NCBI GenBank assembly: GCA_024405475.1
Contig: JAKSOS010000001.1
Span: 11,064 to 75,063, forward strand
From: Clostridia bacterium
GTDB lineage: Bacteria > Bacillota > Clostridia > Christensenellales > Borkfalkiaceae
Direction of reading: 5' to 3'
Length of the DNA stretch: 64,000 bases
In this document: positions 53,169 to 63,168 of the stretch, piece after piece
Layout: the number at the start of each line of letters is the position of its first letter
Numbering within the stretch: the stretch's first letter is position 1
Notes under the pieces: model-generated
The model's database searches: none
Seen by the model: only the letters and a program-made list of their open reading frames with translations
Told to the model about the DNA's origin: nothing
Made by a program: the position numbers and the translations under genes

Positions 53169-55991
53169 TTACTTTAACATTTTCCTTAAAAATTGAGCAG
53201 TATAACTGCCGTCTATTTTCGCTATTTCTTCAGGACTACCTTGTGCGATAACCGTACCACCTTTATCGCCACCTTCAGGTCCTAAATCAATTATATAATC
53301 CGCAAGTTTAATAACGTCTAAATTATGTTCTATAACGACAATAGTATTTCCTGCTTGTTGAAGCTTTTTTAATACCGTGCAAAGTTTATCTACGTCGTAA
53401 GAGTGAAGCCCCGTAGTAGGTTCGTCTAAAATATACAAAGTCTTTCCCGTAGAACGCTTTGATAATTCAGTTGCAAGTTTTACTCTTTGCGCTTCGCCAC
53501 CCGATAGCGTCGTAGAAGATTGACCGAGTTTTATATAGCCGAGTCCCACTTCTTGAAGTGTTTTTATCTTATTATAAATAGAAGTGATATTCTTAAAGAA
53601 TTCACAGGCTTCGTCAACCGTCATATCCAAAACGTCGGCGATATTTTTACCTTTGTATTTTACTTCCAAAGTTTCTCTGTTGTATCTTTTGCCTTTACAT
53701 ACTTCGCATGGAACGAACATGTCCGGTAAGAAATGCATTTCAATTTTAATAATGCCGTCTCCCTCGCAATTTTCACATCTTCCGCCTGAAACGTTAAATG
53801 AAAATCTACCTGCTTTGTATCCCCTTTCTTTTGCGTCAGGAGTAGATGCAAACAATTCTCTTATAAACGAAAACGCACCGGTGTACGTTACAGGATTAGA
53901 ACGTGGAGTTCTTCCTATCGGCGACTGATCTATCGCAATGACGTTATCAAAATATTCTATGCCTTCAATTTTATCAAAAGCACCTTCTTTTATCTTTGCC
54001 CTGTTTAACGTGTTCGCAAGCGACGGATAAAGTATTTCGTTGATAAGCGAACTCTTTCCCGAACCCGACACGCCGGTTACGGCTGTAAATAATCCGACAG
54101 GGAATTTAACGTCAATATTTTTAAGATTGTTTTGTCTTGCACCGCAAACTTTTAGCCATCTTCCGTCAGGAGCTTTTCTGTTTAACGGCACTTCTATTTT
54201 TCTTCTGCCTGCTAAATAATCGCCTGTGATAGACTTTGGTTCGTTGATAATATCTTCTATCGTTCCCGAAGCTACGATTTCGCCACCGTGTACTCCTGCC
54301 TTAGGGCCTATGTCTACGATAAAATCTGCTTCACGCATCGTGTCTTCGTCGTGTTCAACGACGATTAACGTGTTTCCTAAATCTCTCAATTTTTTTAACG
54401 TGTTTAAAAGTTTTTCGTTATCTCTTTGGTGAAGTCCTATACTCGGTTCGTCTAAAATATATAGTACGCCCGTTAGTCCGCTTCCTATTTGCGTGGCAAG
54501 TCTTATTCTCTGTGCTTCGCCACCCGACAAAGAAACTGCTGAACGAGATAACGTCAAGTAAGATAAGCCTACGTCTTTTAAGAAACTTAATCTCGCTTTT
54601 ATTTCCTTTAAGATAGGTGCGGAAATCATCGTGTTGGTTTTAGAAAACTCTAACCCATCAATAAACTTTATAAGATTCTCTACACTCATATCGGTAAGAT
54701 CTGAGATATTTTTTCCACCTATCGTAACGGCAAGTGCTTCCCTTTTCAATCTCTTTCCGTGACAAGAATCGCACTCTTTTATATTCATGTACTTTTCAAT
54801 TTCACGCTTCGTCCAGTCACTCGTCGTTTCTCTGTATCTTCTCTCTAAATTAGGAATAATTCCTTCCCACGAAGAATCATAACTCGTGTTAAAAGTTTTT
54901 GTGTTATATTCCATACGGATTTTTTCGCCCTTGCTACCGTAAAGCAAAATATTATAAATTTCTTTCGGCAAATCTTTAACAGGCGTATCTAAACTGAATC
55001 CGTAGTGATTAGCAAGCGACTGAAAACTCATTTCGGCAATCTTTCCGCTTTCTAAGTTCCAGCCCGATACCGTCATTGCGCCTTGCCTTAAAGAAAGATT
55101 TTTATCTTTTACGATTAAGTTTTCGTCAATCTCTTCCTTAAAACCTAAACCGTGGCAATCGGGACAAGCACCGTACGGATTATTAAACGAAAACAATCTC
55201 GGTTCAATTTCTTCTATGCTTATTCCACAGTCAGGGCAAGAATACATCGTTGAATACAACGTTTTTCCTCCGCCGACTATTTCAATTTCCACAAGTCCGC
55301 TGGCTAATTTTATCGCCATTTCCAAAGAGTCGGTTAATCTTTTTTCTATTCCTTGCTTTACTATAAGCCTATCTACGACAACTGAAATTTCGTGCTTAAT
55401 ATTCTTATCAAGAATAGGCAATTCTTCGTCAAGATTATAAACTATTCCGTCTATTTCAACTCTTAAATATCCACTTTTTTTATAACTTTCAAGCTCTTTT
55501 TTATATTCGCCCTTTTTACCACGAACAACAGGCGCATTAACTAATATCTTCGTGTTTTCAGCATACGCCATAACTTTATCTGTAATTTCGTCAACGGTTT
55601 GCCTTGTTATCTCTTTTCCGCAATTTGGACAATGCGGAACGCCGACTCTTGCAAACAAAAGTCTAAAATAATCGTATATTTCGGTAACCGTTCCCACGGT
55701 AGAACGAGGATTGTGCGAAGTGGTCTTTTGGTCAATGGAAATTGCAGGCGACAACCCTTCAATAGAATCAACGTCAGGTTTTTCCATTTGCCCTAAAAAC
55801 ATTCTCGCATAAGAAGATAAACTCTCTACGTATCTTCTTTGACCTTCTGCATAAACCGTTTCAGATTCAAGCGTAGATTTACCACTCCCTGATAAGCCTG
55901 TAAATACGACATGCTTATTTCTCGGTATGGTTAGGTTTACATTTTTTAAATTGTTTTCTCTTGCGCCTTTTATAATTAAATTATCGTTCAT
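53169..55991 (-). CDS. uvrA: Excinuclease ABC subunit A
   Basis: 940 aa with two ABC modules ([18 protein letters not shown]), LSGGEAQR signatures and zinc-finger CxxC pairs. Confidence 0.97.
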   Translation of the reverse strand: MNDNLIIKGARENNLKNVNLTIPRNKHVVFTGLSGSGKSTLESETVYAEGQRRYVESLSSYARMFLGQMEKPDVDSIEGLSPAISIDQKTTSHNPRSTVGTVTEIYDYFRLLFARVGVPHCPNCGKEITRQTVDEITDKVMAYAENTKILVNAPVVRGKKGEYKKELESYKKSGYLRVEIDGIVYNLDEELPILDKNIKHEISVVVDRLIVKQGIEKRLTDSLEMAIKLASGLVEIEIVGGGKTLYSTMYSCPDCGISIEEIEPRLFSFNNPYGACPDCHGLGFKEEIDENLIVKDKNLSLRQGAMTVSGWNLESGKIAEMSFQSLANHYGFSLDTPVKDLPKEIYNILLYGSKGEKIRMEYNTKTFNTSYDSSWEGIIPNLERRYRETTSDWTKREIEKYMNIKECDSCHGKRLKREALAVTIGGKNISDLTDMSVENLIKFIDGLEFSKTNTMISAPILKEIKARLSFLKDVGLSYLTLSRSAVSLSGGEAQRIRLATQIGSGLTGVLYILDEPSIGLHQRDNEKLLNTLKKLRDLGNTLIVVEHDEDTMREADFIVDIGPKAGVHGGEIVASGTIEDIINEPKSITGDYLAGRRKIEVPLNRKAPDGRWLKVCGARQNNLKNIDVKFPVGLFTAVTGVSGSGKSSLINEILYPSLANTLNRAKIKEGAFDKIEGIEYFDNVIAIDQSPIGRTPRSNPVTYTGAFSFIRELFASTPDAKERGYKAGRFSFNVSGGRCENCEGDGIIKIEMHFLPDMFVPCEVCKGKRYNRETLEVKYKGKNIADVLDMTVDEACEFFKNITSIYNKIKTLQEVGLGYIKLGQSSTTLSGGEAQRVKLATELSKRSTGKTLYILDEPTTGLHSYDVDKLCTVLKKLQQAGNTIVVIEHNLDVIKLADYIIDLGPEGGDKGGTVIAQGSPEEIAKIDGSYTAQFLRKMLK

Positions 55992-55994
55992 TTT

Positions 55995-57956
55995 TTACTT
56001 TCTCATTTTAAGTTTTAATTTCGTGATCGTATCTCTTATTTCTATGCACTTTTCAAAATCAAGATTGCTTGACGCAACTTTCATAAGTGCCTTTAACTTT
56101 TCTATCTCTTCAGGAATATCTGCCTTCTTAATTTCTTTCGTCAAGTCCTTTTTCTTCGTTATTTCTAATGTATTTACAACGTCTTTTACAATAGTTCTCG
56201 GAATAATTCCGTTTGCCTTATTATAATCGTCTTGAATTTTTCTTCTTCTGTTAGTTTCGCTTATTGCCTTATCCATACTCTTTGTAATGGTATCTGCATA
56301 CATTATAACTTTTCCTTCGGAGTTTCTCGCAGCCCTACCTACCGTTTGAATAAGAGAAGTTTCACTTCTTAAAAACCCTTCTTTATCTGCATCTAAAATA
56401 GCAACGAGTTTTACTTCCGGAAGGTCTAAACCTTCTCTTAAAAGGTTGATTCCGCAAAGCACGTCAAACTCGCCCGTTCTTAAACCCGACACGATTTCTA
56501 TTCTATCCATCGTGTCTATATCGCTGTGCATATATCTTACTTTAACGCCCTTTTCTTTTAAATACTCGGTTAAACTTTCCGCCATTTTTTTAGTAAGCGT
56601 TGTGACTAACACTCTGCCTTTTTCTGCAACGACTTTGTTAATTTGTATAAGCAAATCGTCTATTTGATTTTTTGTCGGCTTAACGATAATTTCAGGATCT
56701 AATAACCCCGTCGGTCTTATAATTTGTTCAACGACTTGTCCTGCCTGATCTAATTCGTATTGTGCAGGAGTTGCAGAAACACATATCATTTGCCCTACCC
56801 TTTTATCAAACTCTTCAAAAGTTAAAGGTCTGTTATCGTAAGCGGATTTTAATCGGAATCCGTAATCTACGAGAGTGTTCTTCCTTGACCTATCGCCGTT
56901 AAACATTGCACCTATTTGCGGAATCGTTATATGCGATTCGTCAATAAAGACGATAAAGTTTTTCGGAAAATAATCCAACAGAGTAAAAGGCGGTTCGCCG
57001 ACCTTTCTTCCGTCAAAATATCTACTGTAATTTTCAATGCCTTTGCAAAAACCTATTTCTTGCATCATCTCAACGTCGTAGTCTGTTCTTTGATTAAGCC
57101 TTTGCGCTTCAATGAGCTTTCCGCTATCGGTGAAAAACTTTACTTCGTCTTCTTTATCTCTCTCAATCATCGTGATTGCGTTTTTCATTTTTTGTTCTTC
57201 AACTGCATAGTGGCTTGCAGGGAATATGACCGCATGGTTCAATTCGGAAATCGTATTGCCGGTTGTAAACTCCGCTTCACAAACTCTATCTATAGTATCG
57301 CCAAAAAATTCTACTCTAATAAATATTTCGGTGTTAGAAGACGGAAATATATCAAGCGAATCTCCCCTGACTCTGAAAGAAGAACGAGAAAAATCTATAT
57401 CTTTTCTCGTGTACTGAATTGCAATGAGTTTTCTTATTAACTCGTCACGTGAAATCTGGTCGTTAGGTCTAATAGAAACGGCAAGCCTATAATAATCTTC
57501 GGGAGCGCCGAGTCCGTATATACAAGAAACGGACGCTACGACGATAGTATCGCTTCTTTCGGCAAGCGAACAAGTCGCAGAGTGGCGAAGTTTATCTATT
57601 TCGTCATTTATTGATAAGTCCTTTTCTATATAAGTATCGGTAGAAGGAATATATGCCTCAGGTTGATAATAATCATAATAGGAAACGAAAAATTCAACTC
57701 TGTTTTTCGGAAAAAACTCTCTAAACTCGTTGCAAAGTTGTGCCGCAAGCGTTTTGTTATGCGCAATTACTAATGCAGGACGTTGAACGTTGTTTATGAC
57801 GTTTGCCATAGTAAAAGTTTTACCCGAACCTGTAACGCCGAGTAAAACTTGCGTGCGTAAACCGTCTAAAACGCCTTCGGTTAAATTTTTGATTGCTTCC
57901 GGTTGATCGCCTGTCGGCTTAAACTTTGATTGCAATTCAAACTTTCTTTGTTCCAT
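55995..57956 (-). CDS. uvrB: Excinuclease ABC subunit B
   Basis: Helicase motif [15 protein letters not shown], a beta-hairpin region and a C-terminal UVR domain. Start set to the ATG at 57956 (MEQRKFEL), behind AGGAAA. The ORF track extends 11 codons further upstream. Confidence 0.95.
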   Translation of the reverse strand: MEQRKFELQSKFKPTGDQPEAIKNLTEGVLDGLRTQVLLGVTGSGKTFTMANVINNVQRPALVIAHNKTLAAQLCNEFREFFPKNRVEFFVSYYDYYQPEAYIPSTDTYIEKDLSINDEIDKLRHSATCSLAERSDTIVVASVSCIYGLGAPEDYYRLAVSIRPNDQISRDELIRKLIAIQYTRKDIDFSRSSFRVRGDSLDIFPSSNTEIFIRVEFFGDTIDRVCEAEFTTGNTISELNHAVIFPASHYAVEEQKMKNAITMIERDKEDEVKFFTDSGKLIEAQRLNQRTDYDVEMMQEIGFCKGIENYSRYFDGRKVGEPPFTLLDYFPKNFIVFIDESHITIPQIGAMFNGDRSRKNTLVDYGFRLKSAYDNRPLTFEEFDKRVGQMICVSATPAQYELDQAGQVVEQIIRPTGLLDPEIIVKPTKNQIDDLLIQINKVVAEKGRVLVTTLTKKMAESLTEYLKEKGVKVRYMHSDIDTMDRIEIVSGLRTGEFDVLCGINLLREGLDLPEVKLVAILDADKEGFLRSETSLIQTVGRAARNSEGKVIMYADTITKSMDKAISETNRRRKIQDDYNKANGIIPRTIVKDVVNTLEITKKKDLTKEIKKADIPEEIEKLKALMKVASSNLDFEKCIEIRDTITKLKLKMRK

Positions 57957-58038
57957 ACTTAATTTCCTATAATTATTATAGTATACCACAAATATTAAAA
58001 AAAGTCATTAAGTTATTTATTTTATTGCCCTGATATTA

Positions 58039-58066
58039 ACAAAAATCTTAACAGTTTCATAAAATA
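58039..58066 (+). promoter_or_regulatory. Possible SigK-type (late mother-cell) promoter for the collagen-like gene
   Basis: AC (58039-58040), 17-nt spacer, CATAAAATA (58058-58066) fits the degenerate AC-N16-17-CATAnnnTA pattern. This is a low-information match in AT-rich DNA. Confidence 0.2.
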
Positions 58067-58092
58067 AAATAGACTTACAAAGGAGGATTTTT

Positions 58093-58617
58093 ATGTGTTG
58101 TTTTTTTAATAACAACTGCCCAAGAAGAGCAATTAGCCCAAGATTTATCGTAGGACCTATGGGTCCGAGAGGCCCTATCGGTCCACAAGGTCCGGTCGGT
58201 CCGCAAGGTCCACAAGGTGCACCTGCTTCGTTTAATTCCGTTTACGCCGGAACAAACGCAACGACTACAGTTGCTACAAATTCGGCAATTCCGCTTTCTT
58301 TAATCACAAGCACACCGAATAACCCTTTCGTAGTTGCTAATAATACCATCACTTTGCCGACGGCGGGAACTTATCTCGTGTCTTTCTTTTCTAACGGATA
58401 CGTTGCAACGGGTATTTTTGACACTACGCTTTATCTAAACGGAACAGCGTTGCCTAACGAAACGATAAGTCAAGCAAATACGGGTGGCGAAAATATTGCA
58501 GGAAGCAAAACTATTTTAGTAAATACTTCTGCCCCTGCAACGTTGTCACTTTATAACACTTCGGCTGACACTGCTACTATTTCTAGCGCAAGCATAACAG
58601 TTTCTAAAATAGCATAG
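58093..58617 (+). CDS. Short collagen-like (GXY)8 protein with BclA/C1q-like C-terminal domain
   Basis: AAAGGAGG SD. Cys-rich N-terminus MCCFFNNNCPRR, eight uninterrupted Gly-X-Y triplets, then a 125-aa Thr/Asn/Ser-rich beta-type domain with the BclA-C-like pattern ITLPTAGTYLVSF...LYLNG...LSLYN...ASITVSKI. Confidence 0.75.
   Translation: MCCFFNNNCPRRAISPRFIVGPMGPRGPIGPQGPVGPQGPQGAPASFNSVYAGTNATTTVATNSAIPLSLITSTPNNPFVVANNTITLPTAGTYLVSFFSNGYVATGIFDTTLYLNGTALPNETISQANTGGENIAGSKTILVNTSAPATLSLYNTSADTATISSASITVSKIA
58153..58224 (+). repeat. Collagen-like GXY triplet repeat (8 units, 72 nt), locally GC-rich
   Basis: Encodes GPM GPR GPI GPQ GPV GPQ GPQ GAP. The run of GGN CCN codons stands out against the AT-rich background. 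Confidence 0.9.
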
Positions 58618-58625
58618 TCTAAATT

Positions 58626-58655
58626 AAAAAGCGCCACTAAAATTAGTGGCGCTTT
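58626..58655. terminator. Bidirectional terminator
   Basis: 13-bp stem aaaagcgccacta/tagtggcgctttt with a 4-nt loop, located between convergent genes. Confidence 0.8.
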
Positions 58656-59621
58656 TTATTGCCTTTCAGTTACAATATTAACATTATCATTATTTTCTAC
58701 TCTTACCGAAATAGTTCCATCCCTATCAGTTCTATAAATCATGCAATCAGGACAATTTTTATTGAACCTAATTAACGTTTCGTCAGACGGATGCCCGTAA
58801 TAATTATTTCCGCCGACAGATATGAGTGCGTTTTTAGGATTAACGGTTTGTAAAAACTTTTCGCAACTTGAATCACTTGCGCCGTGATGCCCTACTTTAA
58901 GAAAATCAACGTTAGTTAAGTTTACGTTAAACCTTTCGTATAAACCTAAATTATAGTTATTTATAACTTTGATTTCTTGTTCGCTTTCGGCGTCTCCCGT
59001 AAACAAAAATCTCACGCCTTTATACTCTAAATAAATTATCGGCGAAATATTGTTTTTTTGTTTTTCATTAGGGATTTCAGTTCTGTTAAAGTCTGCATAA
59101 GAACTATTAGTTGAAAACATATCTTCTTGCGATAAGAATAAAATATTTGCGTTTTCTATATTTATGCTTTGATAGATTAAGGAGATTTTCGTTGGAATAT
59201 CTTTTGAGTTTAATTCGTTTAACGCTAAATTAAAATCTTCGTATTTTTCCGGCTCTAAAATTTTAGGAATATACGCCGTTTTAACGTTATAGTTTTTTAT
59301 AATATCAAGTGCGTTTCCGGTATGGTCGCTATCAATGTGAGTTAAAATTAAATAATCAATATTTTCCACTTCAAAAAAGGAAAAACATTTCTTGATTTTA
59401 TTAAAGTTATTTTCACTTTTTTCGCCACAATCTATAAGTAAATTTTCTCCGCTTTCAAAGTGAACAAGTATTGCGTCACCTTCGCCGACGTCAATGATAT
59501 TAACGGCAAAACCTTTGTAATTTTCCGTTTCCTTCTTCTCGCTTTTATAACAACCTTGAAGATTTATAAATAAAAACAATATACAAAGTACCGTTAAAAA
59601 AGCTCTTCTTTTGTTTAACAT
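58656..59621 (-). CDS. ComEC-C-terminal-type MBL-fold hydrolase, predicted lipoprotein
   Basis: Signal peptide with lipobox NLQGC. MBL motifs DVGEGDA, THIDSDHTGN, TGDAE and VGHHGASDS match the beta-lactamase-like domain of ComEC/Rec2. No ComEC membrane channel domain is present. Confidence 0.7.
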   Translation of the reverse strand: MLNKRRAFLTVLCILFLFINLQGCYKSEKKETENYKGFAVNIIDVGEGDAILVHFESGENLLIDCGEKSENNFNKIKKCFSFFEVENIDYLILTHIDSDHTGNALDIIKNYNVKTAYIPKILEPEKYEDFNLALNELNSKDIPTKISLIYQSINIENANILFLSQEDMFSTNSSYADFNRTEIPNEKQKNNISPIIYLEYKGVRFLFTGDAESEQEIKVINNYNLGLYERFNVNLTNVDFLKVGHHGASDSSCEKFLQTVNPKNALISVGGNNYYGHPSDETLIRFNKNCPDCMIYRTDRDGTISVRVENNDNVNIVTERQ

Positions 59622-59625
59622 TTTT

Positions 59626-60471
59626 TTATTTTTGTTTTTTTATTTTCTCTTTCTTTATCTTTTTTGGCTTTGTCTTTTTTAATTTTTCAATTTCTTCTTT
59701 GATTTTCGGAATATTTTCTAAAGCACACTCATAACCGATTTTAAACATTTCGCTCGTTGCATTTACAGAAGTCGGTTTATACAAATGAAGGTCAGGATGA
59801 AGCATCATATTAGCATTTTCATATCCCTTTTCCCACGGTTTATCTTTGCCTTTATCATAGCCGGAAAAAATCCTTGACAAAAAGTTTATAGGTTTTGGTT
59901 CATGATTAGATAAATCAATTCCCACAACGTATTCAGCACCGAGATTTTTAACGACGTCACACGGAACGGAGTTCGTAAATCCGCCGTCTACGTACTGTTT
60001 GCCTTCTATATCTACAGGCTTAAAAAAGGGCGGATAAGAAGAAGATGCACAAAGTGCCTTCGCAACGCTTCCTTTTTCAAAAACGAATTCTTCGCCCGTT
60101 TGATACTCGGTCGCAATAGCCCTGAACGGTTTTTCTAAATCTTCAATATTTTTTGAACCTATGATTTTATCAATAACGCCAAACATCTTTGCGGTATCCA
60201 TTTTAATCATTAAAAAGTTTGTTACTTCTCTTAAATCAACCTTTTTAATTAACTCTATTATTTCGCTTGACGAATAGCCGTCAGCATAAAAAGCACCGAT
60301 AATGCTACCGATACTTGAACCTGCTATTATATCAAATTGTATTCCGTTTTCTTCAAACGCTTGAATTGCACCAAGCTCTGCAAAACCTTTTGCTCCGCCT
60401 GAACCTAATGCAAGACCTAATTTAACAACTCTCGGTTTTCTTTTAAAAAGCCATGAAAAAAATCCCATCAA
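59626..60471 (-). CDS. Patatin-like phospholipase family protein
   Basis: Oxyanion GSGGAKG, nucleophile GSSIGS and catalytic DGG. Lys-rich C-terminal tail. Confidence 0.85.
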   Translation of the reverse strand: MMGFFSWLFKRKPRVVKLGLALGSGGAKGFAELGAIQAFEENGIQFDIIAGSSIGSIIGAFYADGYSSSEIIELIKKVDLREVTNFLMIKMDTAKMFGVIDKIIGSKNIEDLEKPFRAIATEYQTGEEFVFEKGSVAKALCASSSYPPFFKPVDIEGKQYVDGGFTNSVPCDVVKNLGAEYVVGIDLSNHEPKPINFLSRIFSGYDKGKDKPWEKGYENANMMLHPDLHLYKPTSVNATSEMFKIGYECALENIPKIKEEIEKLKKTKPKKIKKEKIKKQK

Positions 60472-61097
60472 TTATCACCGACCTTTTTATTTTTTCTTGT
60501 GATTTTAATTATCGTTATAACTAATAAAACTATTGCAAGAATAAATAATCCCCATAAAACGTAATTCAAACTTTCTATATCCCAAATTGCAATACAAAGT
60601 GCGCCGAGTAGTGAGATAATCAGCCCTGCAACGAGATTTCCGATTACAACTGCAATAAGACTATCTTTAAATTTCATTTGCAAAAATACTGCGATTGCCG
60701 TTCCAGTCCACACCCCTGTCATAGGAAGTGGAATTGCAACGAAAATCAAAACGGTTAAAAACTTTATTTTTCTTTCGGTTAACGTGTTGGCTCTTCCGTT
60801 GCTTTTTTGTTTTTCTAATGCATCGCTTGCCCTTTTGCCGATATATGCTTCAATTTTTTGGGCAAAATTGTTTACAAACTTAATCTTTTTTAATAGGTTT
60901 AATATAGGAATAAACAAGAAAAATACAGGGAAAAATGCAATAGTTGAACCGAGATAAGATAATCCGTAAGCTTCAAAAAAAGAATAGCCAACGCTTCTTG
61001 CATAAATAATACCGCCCTTTAATTCTATAAGCGGAATAATGCTCATAAAAAGAGTTGACCATAACTCTCCGAATATTCCAACTAAAAATTCTTGCAT
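60468..61097 (-). CDS. Small multi-drug-export-like membrane protein (COG2426 type)
   Basis: 209 aa, 4-5 TM segments. The N-terminal block IPLIELKGGIIYA is reminiscent of that family. 4-nt overlap with the patatin gene. Confidence 0.45.
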   Translation of the reverse strand: MQEFLVGIFGELWSTLFMSIIPLIELKGGIIYARSVGYSFFEAYGLSYLGSTIAFFPVFFLFIPILNLLKKIKFVNNFAQKIEAYIGKRASDALEKQKSNGRANTLTERKIKFLTVLIFVAIPLPMTGVWTGTAIAVFLQMKFKDSLIAVVIGNLVAGLIISLLGALCIAIWDIESLNYVLWGLFILAIVLLVITIIKITRKNKKVGDN

Positions 61098-61185
61098 AAA
61101 TCACCTAAAATATTTTGTATTTTTCACTTTTATTAGTATAATAGAATTATAAGAAAAAATCAAGTTCTTTAACAAAGGATTTTTT

Positions 61186-61929
61186 ATGAGTGAAAAAAGA
61201 TTGCTTTCGGTAATGCGAAAAGGCATTGAAAAATATAAAATGATTAAAGACGGCGACAAAATTGCCGTCGGCATTTCGGGCGGAAAAGATAGCCTTACTT
61301 TACTAAAACTATTGTCAATGTATCAAAAGTTTTCTAACGAAAAATTTGAGTTAAAAGCAATAGCGATTGACCTTAACAATAACGATAAAAAAACCGATTA
61401 TTCAAAAATTCAAGAGTTTTGCGATTCAATTTCCGTTCCTTTTATAGTTGAAAGAACGGATATAAAAGAAATAGTTTTTGATGTGAGAAAAGAAAAAAAT
61501 CCCTGTGCGCTCTGTTCTAAAATGAGAAAGGGTGCGCTTTACGAAGTCGCCGTAAAAAACGGTGTAAACAAAGTTGCATTAGGTCATCACGCAGACGATT
61601 TGATTGACACCTTTATTCTCTCCCTTTTCTACGAGGGAAGACTTTCTACATTTGCACCGAAATCATATTTAGACAGAACGAAAATCACTCTCATTCGTCC
61701 TATGATTATGATTGAAGAACAAGACATTATTCCTTTTGCAAAAGATTTGCCCGTTTTAGTCAGCAGTTGCCCTGCAAATAAAAACACGCAAAGGGAATAC
61801 GTAAAGGAAATTATAAAAACTTTGGGAATAAAAATACCGAAAATCAGAGAAATGATTTATACTGCACTAACTCATCCCGAAAGATATAATCTCTTTGATA
61901 AATACGAAAAAGAAATTGACGTTTTATAA
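61186..61929 (+). CDS. ttcA: PP-loop ATPase, TtcA/TtuA-like tRNA thiolation enzyme
   Basis: PP-loop GISGGKDS, CALCSKMRKG and a second Cys pair (SSCPANK). 247 aa. Confidence 0.75.
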   Translation: MSEKRLLSVMRKGIEKYKMIKDGDKIAVGISGGKDSLTLLKLLSMYQKFSNEKFELKAIAIDLNNNDKKTDYSKIQEFCDSISVPFIVERTDIKEIVFDVRKEKNPCALCSKMRKGALYEVAVKNGVNKVALGHHADDLIDTFILSLFYEGRLSTFAPKSYLDRTKITLIRPMIMIEEQDIIPFAKDLPVLVSSCPANKNTQREYVKEIIKTLGIKIPKIREMIYTALTHPERYNLFDKYEKEIDVL

Positions 61930-61941
61930 TATTTAAAAATT

Positions 61942-61970
61942 AAAAACCACGGTTTTAACCGTGGTTTTTT
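61942..61970. terminator. Bidirectional terminator (ttcA-like / dnaJ)
   Basis: Stem aaaaaccacgg/ccgtggttttt with a 6-nt loop. Confidence 0.8.
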
Positions 61971-61974
61971 GTTT

Positions 61975-63111
61975 TTAATATGGATCTTTTCCATAAAGAG
62001 ATTGCATATTCTCTTTATATTTTTTCATTTCCGAACATTGTTTAATATCCGTTTCTTTATCAAAATCTTCTAAAGCCTGTCTTTGCGCTTTTGAAAGTTT
62101 ACTCGGAACTTCTACTAAAACTTCTATGTATAGATCGCCCGTTCCCCTATTTGTTTTTATTCCCTTTCCACGCACGAAGAACATTTTTCCACTTTGCGTT
62201 CCTTCCGGAATAGTATATTCAAGCGTTTCGTCAATTAAAGGAATTTTTACTTTTCCACCCATAGCCGCCGTCTTAAAGCTGATAGGAACGATGACGTAAA
62301 GGTCAAAGTTCTTTCTTTTTAAAATCTTGCTCGGTTCAACTTTAATAACGACTATAAGGTCGCCTACTTCACCGCCGTTAGAACTTGCTTCACCGAATCC
62401 TACCTTTCTTAAATAACTGCCCGTATCTGCACCTGCAGGAATATTAAGAGAAACCTTTGTTGACGTTCTAACATATCCTTTACCCTTACAGTCCGGACAA
62501 TGTTCTAAAATCTTTTTCCCTGTGCCGTGGCACTCATCACACGCTCTTACGCTTACCGAACGGAAAAATCCGTTATTTACGGCATATTCAACTTGACCTG
62601 TTCCATTACATTTTGGACAAGTTTTATAAGCAGTTCCGTTTTTAGCACCCGTCCCCTTACAAGACGAACAAGGTGCGTTTCTCGTATATACTACTTCCTT
62701 AACGCAACCTTTTGCGGCGTCTAAAAACGAAAGTGAAATTTCTATCGTAATATCTTCGCCCTTTTTCTTAGTTTGGGCTCTTGTTTTTCCGCCACCGAAA
62801 CCGCCGAAAATATCGCCGAAAATATCTTCAAAGCCACCGAAACCGCCTGAAAATCCCGAGAATCCCGCACCGTTTCCGCCAAAGCCACCCATATTTGGGT
62901 GTTCTCTTTCAAAATCGTATTGTTTTCTCTTTTTATCGTCAGACAAAACTTCGTTTGCTTCGTTAATTTCCTTAAACTTTTCAGCAGCGGCACTATCGCC
63001 GGGGTGAAGGTCTGGGTGATACTTTTTTACAAGTGTTCTATACGCTTTTTTAATATCGTCACTACTTGCGTTTTTATCAACCCCGAGTGTTGCATAATAA
63101 TCTTTTGCCAT
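61975..63111 (-). CDS. dnaJ: Molecular chaperone DnaJ
   Basis: J domain with HPD (KKYHPDL), a G/F-rich region and four CxxCxGxG zinc-finger repeats. Confidence 0.97.
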   Translation of the reverse strand: MAKDYYATLGVDKNASSDDIKKAYRTLVKKYHPDLHPGDSAAAEKFKEINEANEVLSDDKKRKQYDFEREHPNMGGFGGNGAGFSGFSGGFGGFEDIFGDIFGGFGGGKTRAQTKKKGEDITIEISLSFLDAAKGCVKEVVYTRNAPCSSCKGTGAKNGTAYKTCPKCNGTGQVEYAVNNGFFRSVSVRACDECHGTGKKILEHCPDCKGKGYVRTSTKVSLNIPAGADTGSYLRKVGFGEASSNGGEVGDLIVVIKVEPSKILKRKNFDLYVIVPISFKTAAMGGKVKIPLIDETLEYTIPEGTQSGKMFFVRGKGIKTNRGTGDLYIEVLVEVPSKLSKAQRQALEDFDKETDIKQCSEMKKYKENMQSLYGKDPY

Positions 63112-63133
63112 ATTTTACCTTTATTGATTAAAT

Positions 63134-63159
63134 AGCCTTCCCTTTGTCTAGGGAAGGCT
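63134..63159 (-). terminator. Intercistronic hairpin between dnaK and dnaJ (attenuator or partial terminator)
   Basis: 9-10-bp GC-rich stem agccttccc/gggaaggct. Only a weak U-tract follows on the minus strand. Confidence 0.4.
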
Positions 63160-63168
63160 TAACTGTTA

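Noticed and set aside
59626-60471. Patatin-like phospholipase as a CBASS or other anti-phage effector
   Set aside because: No cyclase, sensor, Cap-type or other defence partner gene is adjacent. The neighbours are a membrane protein and an MBL lipoprotein, and the protein resembles housekeeping RssA/YlbK-type patatins.
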